NCBI RefSeq assembly: GCF_024521635.1
Contig: NW_026250406.1
Span: forward strand, 1,674,001 to 1,721,661
Reading direction: 5' to 3'
DNA from: Tricharina praecox
Lineage: Eukaryota
DNA length: 47,661 bases
The translations under genes were made by a program, and so were the position numbers. Of the stretch, positions 1 to 10,600 are shown piece after piece (within the stretch, counting starts at the first letter, position 1; each line of letters opens with the position of its first letter). A model generated the notes under the pieces. The model ran no database searches, had not been told where the DNA came from, and worked only from the letters and a program-made list of their open reading frames with translations.

Positions 1-366
1 GAGACTTTCGCTGGGTCCATCTTGATTCCATTTATTGTGATGATCAGTCCTAGATACTTGACCTCCGTTTGGTGGAAGTGGCATTTTCGGGGCTTAAGAT
101 GTAGGCTGGCTGCAGACAGTGCGTGAAGTACCTTCCTGATCTGTTTCTGGTGTTCTTCCAGGACTCGACTGTAGATGAAGACGTCGTCGATGAATGCAGT
201 GCAGAAATCATTGAGGTACAGGAATAGCACATCCTTGATCAGAACTTCGAAATGGGCATGGCGTTGATGAGGTCGGAGGGCATGGCGAGGGATTCGAGGA
301 GGCCATAGCGTGTCCGGAAAGCTGTTTTTCAACCTTCTGTTCCCGCCATCCGGACCAGGCCCTAGG
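1..366 (-). pseudogene. Degenerate reverse transcriptase fragment of a family A-like Ty3/Gypsy pol
   Basis: Minus strand follows the intact A pol (KTAFRTRYG..., [25 protein letters not shown]) with frameshifts; runs off the window start. Confidence 0.85.
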
Positions 367-928
367 TATAACGGCACGGTTGGGCAAGGCTCCAGGTAGT
401 GAAGTCGGGCAGGGGATCAGGTACTGGGATTCTGTAGAGGCAAGAAAGGTTCAGAGGACAAGGCAAGGAAGGGCTCAGTGCGGACGGCAACTGAGAACAG
501 AGGCAGGACAAGGACTACGGTGCAGATGGCAGCCGAGGCAAGGACAGAGGTAACAGTGATTGACTTAACAAGTTGTTGCGTGAAGAACTAAATACAGAGG
601 GGCAACGGCCCGTTTATATAGAAAATCCTCCACATCTTCCCGCAACCTGACAATGACCGTGCGCGTGTGCCAGACCCTGAAAAATCCACCTTGCTAGTAC
701 CCCCGCTTCCGTGACTCGTACCCTGCGCAGCTGCACTACCCCTGCTTCCTGCACACACCGCCCAAATCCCCTGCGGCTCATTACTGCGCAATCCCTGCTC
801 CCTGCACACAGCCCCCAATCCTCTGCGACTCATCCTTGCACTGCCGTTGCACTGCCTGTGCACTGCCTCCCAACTCTTCCGATCCTTGCGCCGACCCTTC
901 CTTCGTCATTCCGTTGCAAGCCATGACA
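367..928 (-). mobile_element. Solo LTR, family A long-U3 subtype, decayed; no TSD
   Basis: Homologous to the LTRs at 2390-2948 and 6092-6649. Ends are tataacggcacg...gccatgaca. Flanks ctagg and catgc do not match. Confidence 0.9.
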
Positions 929-1572
929 CATGCTCTTCCTGCGTCTTCGCATAGATGAGTAAGTCATCGATGTACACGGCCAGTCCCAAATCCAACATAT
1001 ACAGAAATATGTGGTTAATCATGTTCTAGAACGTCACTGGAGCGTTGCTCAGCCCAAACAGCATGTCCCAAAACTCGTATAATCCGTATCAACAGTGCAA
1101 AGCCGTCTTCCACTCGTCACCTTCCTTGATGCGGATAAGGTGATAGTCATTCTTCAGATCAATTTTGGTGAAGACTTTTGCACCCCTGACTCGGTCTTGC
1201 AACTCTGCCATGATCGGGTGTGGGTAGCGATTGGCTACAGTAATCTTGTTGATACCACGATACTCGACACATAATCGGAGACCCCTACCGTGCGCCTTTG
1301 GTACAAATAATATATGCGCCCCGGCTGGTGATTTGGATCTTCGAATCTTGCCTGTCTGGAGCATCTCCTTGAGCCACTCCCTGAGAGCCTCAAGTTCTTT
1401 CTCTGACAGCGCATAGATAGGACCCCATGAAGGAGTCTCTCTTTCCTTGAGATCAATTGCATGGTTGTAGGACTTGTGATCAGGAAGCTTATCGGCTGCT
1501 TTCTTGCTCATAATGTTCGCATATTGTCTGGACTTCTCAGGAAGCAGTTTTATGGGTGTATCTGATTCCGGG
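929..1572 (-). pseudogene. Family B Ty3/Gypsy pol fragment (RT N-terminal half), element Bx
   Basis: ORF 1089-1511 (KSPAGAHILFVPKAHGRGLRLCVEYRGINK) closely matches pol at 44466-47521; YIDD motif near 965-976; internal stops. Confidence 0.9.
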
Positions 1573-1681
1573 TGTCACAGTTCAGAAATCCTGGCAGTAA
1601 GTAGCTAATGGGATGATGGCCTTCAGCCATCAAAATACATTTGGCCGGGTGGTATAGTACTTTCCCAGTGGACTTTATTAC
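1573..1681 (+). mobile_element. Mini LTR-like element C, copy 1 (last base cut off by the family B LTR)
   Basis: TGTCACAGTTCAGAAATCC...CTTTATTAC; reverse-complement homologue of 5267-5377. Confidence 0.85.
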
Positions 1682-2386
1682 TGTGAGACTGGGATGAGTT
1701 TGTGTCGTCGGAGTCTATGGTATTATGGAGTGTAGAATAAAAGTCAGGGATTTCGATAATTCACAACGGAATAATCTTAAGGGTGTTTGTTCGATGGTTT
1801 GTTCGGTGCGATGATTGTGTTTTTTGGTTCAGTTGCCCGCTCGGTTCGACTTATAGTCGTCCCGATCAACAGCACGTGATTCCTCTAGAGTGAGGCCGAA
1901 CGTAGCTCCGTTGCTTCCTTTGCATTGGAGTTCTGCGGCCTAGCCTTGAGTCGTCGTCAGCTCTCTTCGGATAGTCTTCTCGACTAGGCAGGTGGTAAAC
2001 ACCACACGCCCAAGATAGATCAGAGTTCCTGAGCAATTATCTCCCTCATGCGCCGGCAGAGTTCTTCGCTCGAAGTTCTCTGCCCCCATAGGTCGATGTG
2101 CGATTCTCTCGTCATAACAGTTTTTCCCTGGATCGGAGTTCCTACTGCGGGGCCCTATGAACGGAGATCCCAAAGTCCTCTGGACTTTTATCCCTATCAC
2201 CCGCATCTGCGATCACTGTCTAGACTCTGGAATCCGTTTGCTTCCTCCTTGCTATCTTGTTCATGATCGCTTCTAACTATCCCTTCGGCTCGCAACTCTA
2301 TTCTAACCACCCGGACTATCTAATCACATCTCTTGCGACCGTCGTGACCTCCGATACCTTTCGGGGTGTCACGCCATCTCCCCTCC
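1682..2386 (-). mobile_element. Family B 3' LTR (1682-2373) with polypurine tract (2374-2386), element B1
   Basis: About 692 bp, TGTGAGAC...GGTGTCAC(G), homologous to 42668-43358 and 43635-44325; adjacent ccatctcccctcc reads GGAGGGGAGATGG on the minus strand. Confidence 0.92.
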
Positions 2387-3953
2387 CACTGTACCGGCAC
2401 GGTCGGGCAAGGCTCCAGGTAGCGAAGTCGGGCTGGGGATCGGGTTCTGCGTTCGATAGAGGCAAGACGGGTTCGGAGGACAAGGTAAGGCAGGGCTCAG
2501 TGCAGACGGCAACTGAGAACAGAGGCAGGGACAAGGACTACGGCGCAGACGGCAGCCGAGGCAAGGACAGAGGTAACAGTGATTGAATTAACAAGTTGTT
2601 GCGTGAAGAACTAAGTACAGAGGGGCAACGGCCCGTTTATATAGGAAACCCTCCACTTCTTCCCGCATCCTGGCAATGACCGTGGGCGTGTGCCAGACCC
2701 TGAGAAATCCACCTTGCCAGTACCCCACTTCCGTGACTCATACCCTGCGCAGCCGCACTACCCCTGCTTCCTGCACACAGCCCCAATCTCCTGCGGCTCA
2801 TTACTGCGCTATCCTTGCTCCCTGCACACAGCCCCCAATCCTCTGCGACTCATCCTTGCACTGCCGGTGCACTGCCTGTGCACTGCCCCCCAACTCTCCC
2901 GGTCCTTGTGCCGACCCTCCCTTCGTGATTCCATCGCGAGCCGTGACAGTAGTCCCTCCTAAGGCTCGAGTTCCCACGAGAGCAAGCTCGACTAGTCCAG
3001 GCTGCATGCGGTATCGTCGATGGAAGTCGTCCACAGCTTGTACCTCGGTAAGGTTCTCCTCTGGTTCCCATGTTGGTGCCGCGTAGCCTCTCCATTTCAC
3101 CAGGTACTGGAGTTTGCCCCTGAGGTTCCGGCTGTCGAGGACCTCTTCAACCTCCCATTCTTCTTGGTCGTCCACGATTACCGGAAGTGGTGGCGGTGGA
3201 ATTTGTCCAGGGAAGGGATCGTCAGCGGAGGCATGAAGGAGGGATACAGGAAATGTTCGGTGCTTCTGAACGGTGTCCGGGATGTCCAATTCGTAGGCGT
3301 GGGTTCCGATTGTCCGAATCACAAGGTAGGGACCATGGTGTTTGTTTTCCAGCTTGCGACTGGGTCTCTCGATGTGCCAGTTCCGACCATTCAGCCATAC
3401 CATGTCGCCTGGTTGGAAGGCTGGCGCAGGGGTTTGATGTCGGTCGGAGTCGTCCTGTTGCCGTGCCTGGGCATACCGCATTTGGCTGCGGGCGACGTGG
3501 TGAATTTGATGCAACCGTTCCGCTGCATTCTGAGCTTGATGTTCCTCCTTAGTGTCGACACGGATATCCAGCTCAAAGTCACACCGTGGGTGGTATCCTA
3601 GGTTAGCGAAGGATGGGGACAGAGTAGTCGTGTCGGAGACCTGGTTGTTGCCAGCGAATTGGGCCAAGAACAGATAGTCCACCCAGTCATCCTGGAGGTA
3701 GCTGACGTACGCGCGGAGGTGCTGTTCCATGACGGCGTTCATCCGTTTGGTTTGGCCGTCGGTCTGGGGGTGGAAGGCAGTTGACAGGCGTGGCTCGATC
3801 TTGAGGCATGAGCATAGGTGTTTCCAGAATCTCGAGGCAAACTGGGGACCCCTGTCCGAGACGATGGTATCTGGCAACCCTTGGTACCTGAAGATCCGGT
3901 CGCAGAACAGCTCGGCCAGTCCTTCCGAGGTGATGGTCTTGGTGCATGGTAGG

Positions 3954-4463
3954 TGTCACGGCTCGCGACGGGACGTTCGAGGAAGAGTCAGAACAGGGGT
4001 GGGAAGGCAGCGCGGGGGCAGTGCAAGGGGCTGCGCGGGCGGCAATGCAGGAATGAGCCGGAGGAATTGGGTCTGTGTGCAGTAAGCAGGGGTAGTGCGG
4101 CTGCGCAGGGTATGAGTCACGGAAGCGGGGTACTGGCAAGGTGGATTTCTCAGGGTCTGGCACACGCCCACGGTTATTGTCAGGTTGAGAGAAGAAGTGG
4201 AGGGTTTCCTATATAAACCGGCCGTTGCCCCTCTGTACTTAGTTCTTCACGCAACAACTTGTTAATTCAATCACTGTTACCTCTGCCCTTGCCTCGGCTG
4301 CCGTCTGCGCCGTAGTCCTTGTCCCTGCCTCTGTTCTCAGTTGCCGTCTGCACTGAGCCCTGCCTCACCTTGTCCCCTGAACCTGTCTTGCCTCTACCGA
4401 ACCCAGAACCCGACCCCCAGCCCGGCTTCGCTACCTGGAGCCTTGCCCGACCGTGCCGTTACA
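3954..4463 (+). mobile_element. Solo LTR, family A short-U3 subtype, with 5-bp TSD GTAGG
   Basis: TGTCACGGC...CCGTTACA, 510 bp; GTAGG at 3949-3953 and 4464-4468; sits in the A3 integrase. Confidence 0.96.
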
Positions 4464-5266
4464 GTAGGAGATGGCGTTGCTTGGTCAGTCGGTCAACAAA
4501 AACACAGATGGCGTCAAACCCCTTTGAGGCCGGTAAGCCAGTGACAAAGTCGACTGAGATGTGTTGCCATGGCTTCTCGGGTACTGGGAGGGGGCGCAGG
4601 ACACCATAGGGTGCGTGCCGGGTGGCCTTGGTTCGCCGGCAGGTGTGGCAGTTTCGGACAAACTTGTCAACGTCCTTTCGCATCTGTGGCCAGTAGTACC
4701 CCCGAGCAAGTAGTTCCAGGGTTTTCGCGCGCCCTGGGTGCCCCATGGCCGGTGGGCCGTGGTGGTCCTGGATCAGTCGTAGTCGGAGTCGGTCGTACTC
4801 TGGAACATAGAGGCAGTCTCTGTAGATCAGTCGCCCGTTGACTTCGCGGCATTCGGCCAAGGAGATCTCCTTCGAGTAGCGTGTACCATTTCTGAGTAGC
4901 TCGAGGATTCGATTCGGGAGGGGGTCTATGTCGTAGCCTTCTGTTATCAGTGACGTGAGGAGGGGACGAGTTTGTTCGGGTGTGTTGGTTGCTGCCAACC
5001 GGAGCTCTTCTGGTAGGTTGTCAGGTTTCAGGACTGCCTGCTGGTTGGCGAGCAGTCTTTCATCCCCTTCTTTGGGAAGGTCTCCTGACCTCCTGGTCAG
5101 TGCATCCGGTTTTCCTCCCGCTTTGCCTGGTCGGTAGACAATCTTGAAATGGAAACGGGAAAGGAACTCTGACCATCGCGCTTGTCGTCGGTTGAGTAGT
5201 TTCGTTGTCATGAAATACTCCAGATTCTTGTGGCCGCTTAGGACTTGGATGGGGTGAGGAGCGCCC

Positions 5267-5377
5267 TGTAATAAAGTACACTGGGAAAGTACTATACCAC
5301 TCGACCAAAAGGTATTTTGATGGCTGATGGCCATCATCCCAGTAGCTACTTAAGGCCAGGATTTCTGAACTGTGACA
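5267..5377 (-). mobile_element. Mini LTR-like element C, copy 2 (111 bp), 5-bp TSD CGCCC
   Basis: TG...CA termini; CGCCC at 5262-5266 and 5378-5382; splits A3 RNase H (HLEG|APHPIQV). Strand assigned by analogy to family A termini. Confidence 0.92.
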
Positions 5378-6688
5378 CGCCCTCCAGATGTGGTCTCCAC
5401 TCCTCAAAGGCGCGGATGATTGCAAGGAGTTCTTTGTCATAGATCTCGTAGTTGCATTCTGCCCGGGAGTGTTTCTTGGAATAGAATGCCACTGGGTGCA
5501 GGATTCCCTCGTCGGCGTACTGAGATAGGACTCCAGCAGAGACGTAGTCGGAGGCGTCAGTTTCCACTACTATCTGCCGATCGTAGTCGAAGTGCCGGAG
5601 GATCGGGGCCGAGGTGAATGCTGTTTTTAGTTCGTCGAATGCTTTCTGCTGTTCCGGTCCCCAAACGAAGGGAACATACTTTCCATCCTCCTTCTTGGTA
5701 AATGCTGTCAATAAGGATACCACCTTGTAATAGTCTTGGATGAATTGCCGGTAGAAGTTCGCAAATCCCAGAAAGCATTGCACATCAGTGACCATACTCG
5801 GCTCCTCCCATTGCAGTATGCAGGAGCCTTTCGCTGGGTCCATCTTGATCCCGTTTGTTGTAATGATCAGTCCCAAATACTTGACTTCCGTCTGGTGGAA
5901 ATGACATGTTTCGGGTTTGAGATGTAGACCGGCTGCTGATAAGGCCTGCAGTACTTTCCTGACATGTTTCCGGTGTTCATCTAAGGATCCGCTGTAAATG
6001 AAGACGTCATCGATGAATGCGGTACAGAAGTCTTCGAGGAAAGGGCGTAGCACATCGTTGATCAGAGCTTGGAAGCCGGCAGGGGCGTTGGTGTCACGGC
6101 TCGCGATGGAATGACGAAGGGAGGGTCGGCACAAGGATCGGGAGAGTTGGGGGCAGTGCAGAGGCAGTGCACCGGCAGCGCAAGGGTGAGTCGCTGAGGA
6201 TTTGGGGCTGTGTGCAGGGAGCAGGGATAGCGCAGCAATGAGCCGCAGGAGATTGGGGCTGTGTGCAGGAAGCAGGGGTAGTGCGGCTGCGCAGGGTATG
6301 AGTCACGGAAGTGGGGTACTGGCAAGGTGGATTTCTCAGGGTCTGGCACACGCCCACGGTCATTGTCAGGTTGCGAGAAGAAGTGGAGGATCTTCTATAT
6401 AAACGGGCCGTTGCCCCTCTGTATTTAGTTCTTCACGCAACAACTTGTTAATTCAATCACTGTTACCTCTGTCCTTGCCTCGGCTGCCGTCTGCGCCGTA
6501 GTCCTTGTCCCTGCCTCTGTTCTCAGTTGCCGTCTGCACTGAGTCCTGCCTCACCTTGTCCCCTAAACCCGTCTTGCCTCTACCGGACCCAGAACCCGAT
6601 CCCCAGCCCGACTTCGCCACCTGGAGCCTTGCCCGACCGTGCCGTTACACTTTGTTGCGTCCCCTATCTCTCCACCTAGCGAACTACC

Positions 6689-7158
6689 ATGGCCACCAAC
6701 ACTCAGGTACCCGACGTCCCCCAGCAGGACGAAGTACCAGTGGCACCCCCCTTCTCCGAGAAATTCCCGCCGCCATCTACGAACAACTTGAAATCATCGT
6801 TAATCACGATGCACCCGCCGATGATGCAACCCTGATGGGGTTGTACAACGAATTCAGAATCCTCGCCCGCGCAATCACCCTGTCCCCAATAGCCGTACCG
6901 ACCTGGCGATTTGACGACCTCGAAGAATAACTTGCTGACCCCCGCCGCATCGCCGCATCGCCAACCGCCTCGCCACCGTCGAAACCCAACCTCAAAGCCG
7001 CGCTGAGCGTGTCCCAGAACCAGCCATGTTCGACGGAACACACGAGAAACTGTAAGGGTTCGTTGCCCACCTTTGTCTCAAGCTGTACAGCGACCCAGCC
7101 CGTTTCCCAACTCCAGCACTCCGAATGGCCTATGCCTTCAACCGCTTGGAAGGCCGCG
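6689..7158 (+). pseudogene. gag: A2 gag, 5' part (frameshifted, internal stop)
   Basis: REIPAAIYEQLEIIVNHD matches A1 gag; TAA at 6928-6930 and small indels. Confidence 0.88.
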
Positions 7159-7669
7159 TGTAACGGCACGGTCGGGCAAGGCTCCAGGTAGCGAAGTCGG
7201 GCTCGGAATCGGGTTCTAGGTTCGGCAGAGACAAGACAGGTTCAGAGGACAAGGTGAGGCAGGGCTCAGTGCAGACGGCAACTGAGAACAGAGGCAGGGA
7301 CAAGGACTACGGCGCAGACGGCAGCCGAGGCAAGGACAGAGGTAACAGTGATTGAATTAACAAGTTGTTGCGTGAAGAACTAAGTACAGAGGGGCAACGG
7401 CCCGTTTATATAGGAAACCCTCCACTTCTTCTCGCAACCTGACAATAACCGTGGGCGTGTGCCAGACCCTGAGAAATCCACCTTGCCAGTACCCCCGCTT
7501 CCGTGACTCATACCCTGCGCAGCCGCACTACCCCTGCTTACTGCACACAGCCCCAATTCCTCCGGCTCATTCCTGCATTGCCGCCCGCGCAGCCCCTTGC
7601 ACTGCCCCCGCGCTGCCTTCCCACCCCTGTTCCGACTCTTCCTCAAACGTCCCGTCGCGAGCCGTGACA
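7159..7669 (-). repeat. 3' LTR of A1
   Basis: TGTCACGGC...CCGTTACA on the minus strand, preceded by the PPT. Confidence 0.97.
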
Positions 7670-10600
7670 GTAGCCCCTCCTAAGGCTCGAGTTCCCACGA
7701 GAGCAAGTTGAACTGGTCCAGGCTTCGTTGGGTACCGTTGGTGGAAGTCGTCCACTGCCTGTACGTCCACAAGGTTCTCCTCAGGTTCCCACGTCGGTGC
7801 CGTGAAACCCCTCCACTTGACTAGGTACTGGAGTCTTCCCCTCAGCGTTCTGCTGTCCAGCACTTCCTCCACCTCCCATTCTTCTTGGTCGTTCACAATT
7901 ACCGGTAACGGTGGCGGCAGGATCTGGCCGGGGAGGGGGTCGTCGGCCGATGCATGGAGGAGGGACACTGGGAAGGTGCGGTGCTTTTGGATGGTGTTCG
8001 GGATGTCCAGTTCGTATGCGTGGGTTCCGATGGCTCGGGTAATCCGATAGGGTCCGTGGTGTTTGTTTTCCAGTTTTCGGCTTGGCCGCTCCGTCCGCCA
8101 GTTTCGGCCGTCCACCCATACCATGTCTCCAGGCTGGAAGGCCGGTGCGGGGGTTCGGTGCCGGTCCGTGTTGTCCTGCTGCCGTGCTTGGGCGTAGCGC
8201 ATCTCACTTCGGGCAACGTCGTGGATCTGTTGGAGTCGCTCTACCGCTGTCTGCGCCTGTCGCTCTTCGTTCGTGTCGGTTCGGATGTCAAGCTCGAAGT
8301 CGCAACGGGGGTGGTAGCCTAGGTTAGCAAAAAACGGGGACAGGGTAGTGGTGTCGGATGTCTGGTTGTTGCCAGCGAACTCTGCTAAGAATAGGTAGTC
8401 GACCCAGTCGTCCTGCAGGTAGCTCACGTATGCCCGGAGGTGTTGTTCCATTACCGCATTCATCCTCTCTGTTTGACCGTCTGTCTGCGGGTGGAACGCC
8501 GTGGAGAGCCGTGCGTCGATCTTGAGGCAAGAGCATAGATGTTTCCAAAATCGTGAGGCAAACTGGGGGCCCCGGTCCGATACGATGGTGTCGGGTAGTC
8601 CGTGGTATCTGAAGATCCGATCGCAGAATAGTTCGGCGAGTCCCTCGGAGGTGATGGTCGTGTTGCAGGGGAGCAGGTGTCGTTGCTTGGTGAGGCGGTC
8701 CACAAATACGCAAATGGCATCGAATCCTTTTGAGGGAGGGAGTCCGGTTACGAAGTCGACGGATATATGTTGCCAGGGTTTCTCGGGTACTGGGAGTGGG
8801 CGGAGCACACCGTAGGGGGCGTGTCTTGTTGCTTTGGTTCGTCTGCAAGTGTGGCAGTTCCTCACGAATCGGTCAACGTCCGTCCGCATCTGGGGCCAGT
8901 AGTAGTTCCGGGCCAGGAGTTCCAAGGTTTTTGCTCTTCCGGGATGGCCCATAGCCGGCGGGTCGTGGTGGTCCTGGATCAGGCGAAGTCTGAGTGGGTC
9001 GTGTTCAGGAACGTAGAGGCAATCGCGGTAATGTAATTGTCCGTTGACTTCGCTGCAGTCGGCGAGCGAGATGTCCTTTGAGTGGCGTGTTCCGTTTCTG
9101 AGCAGTTGGAGGATCTTGTTCGGCACTGGATCTGCCTGATATGCTTCGTTTATCAGGGTAGAGAGTGCGGGACGGGGTACTTCCAACGGGTTGGTTGCTG
9201 ACAATCTCAATTCTTCCGGCAGGTTTTGGGGCTTGAGGACTGCTTGTTGGTTCGCCAGCAGTCTTTCATCCCCCTCCTTAGGGAGGTCTCCGGACCTCCT
9301 TGTCAATGCATCCGGTTTCCCTCCTGCTTTACCAGGTCGATAGACGATTTTGAAGTCGAAACGGGACAGGAATTCCGACCATCGTGCTTGCCGGCGGTTG
9401 AGCAACTTGGTTGACATGAAGTATTCCAGGTTCTTGTGGTCGCTCAGGACTTGGATTGGGTGCGCGGCTCCTTCAAGGTGTGGTCTCCATTCTTCAAAGG
9501 CCCGAACAATCGCCAACAATTCTTTGTCGTAGATTTCGTAATTGCATTCCGCCGGGGAGTGTTTCTTTGAATAGAAGGCAACTGGATGCAAGATTCCATC
9601 GTCGTCGTACTGGGAGAGGATACCGGCCGATACGTAATCCGAGGCATCAGTTTCCACCACTATTTCTCGGTCGTAGTCGAAATGTCGGAGGATCGGGGCG
9701 CTAGTGAAGGCAGTCTTGAGAGTGTCGAAGGCTTGCTGTTGGTCAATACCCCATTCGAAGGGGACGTACTTCCCATTTTCCTTTTTTGTCATTGCCGTCA
9801 GGGGAGATACCACCTTAGAGTAGTCCTGGATAAAGCGTCGGTAGAAGTTTGCAAAGCCCAAGAAACATTGCACATCCGTTACCGTCGTCGGTTTTTCCCA
9901 TTCGAGTACGCAAGAGACTTTGGCAGGATCCATTTTAATACCCTCCGTGGTTATGATCAGGCCCAGGTATTTGACCTCCGTCTGGTGGAAGTGGCATTTC
10001 TCCGGTTTTAAGTGCAGTCCGGCCGATGAAAGGGCGCGTAGCACTTTGGTGACCTGTTTTTGGTGTTCTTCCAGTGACGCGCTGTAGATAAAGACGTCAT
10101 CTAGGAAGGCGGTACAGAAGTCGTCCAGGAACGGTCGTAAAACGTCGTTGATCAGGGCTTGGAAGTCGGCTGGCGCATTGGTTAGCCCGAAAGGCATTAC
10201 CAATGATTCGAAAAGTCCGTAGCGGGTCCGGAAGGCCGTTTTCCATTCCTCCCCTTCTGCCATTCGTACCAGGTTGTAAGCACCGCGGATATCCAGTGTT
10301 GTAAAATACTTTGCACCGGACAGTCGCATCAAGGTTTCCTGGAGCAGGGGAAGTGGGTAGCGGTTCTTGATGGTTCCTTCGTTCAGGCCTCGATAGTCCA
10401 CACACAGTCGCAAGGAGCCGTCCGATTTTTTGACAAACAGGATCGGTGATGCCGCTGGTGATGAGGACGCACGGATAAATCCCTTGCTCAGATTGTCGTC
10501 AAGCCATTCCTTGAGTGCGACCAGCTCGGTTTTCGAGAGCGAATAGAGGGGTCCGTAAGGGGGCACAAATCCTTCCTTTAGTGGGATCTTGTGGTCGTAT

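Larger units (their letters stand above)
2390..6091 (-). mobile_element. Family A chromovirus element A3, 3' half only (3' LTR 2390-2948, PPT 2949-2960, pol interrupted twice)
   Basis: LTR TG...CA, PPT AGGAGGGACTAC. Pol pieces 2801-3953, 4469-5266 and 5383-6091 rejoin into RT (FIDD), RNase H, integrase and chromodomain once the inserts are removed. Confidence 0.93.
2801..6091 (-). pseudogene. pol: Interrupted pol of element A3 (RT C-terminus, RNase H, integrase, chromodomain)
   Basis: ORFs 5346-6134, 4459-5337 and 2801-3877 carry ETDASDY, ISVDFV, SDRGPQF and EWEVEEVLDSR...YLVKWRGY...TWEP. Confidence 0.92.

Noticed and set aside
1940..2206. 88-aa ORF repeated in the family B LTRs (also 42763-43191 and 43892-44158)
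   Set aside because: Recurrence is explained by LTR homology; stop position differs between copies.
5267..5377. Hammerhead ribozyme (retrozyme) in mini-element C
   Set aside because: A three-way fold is possible, but I could not place the CUGANGA and GAAA core correctly on either strand.
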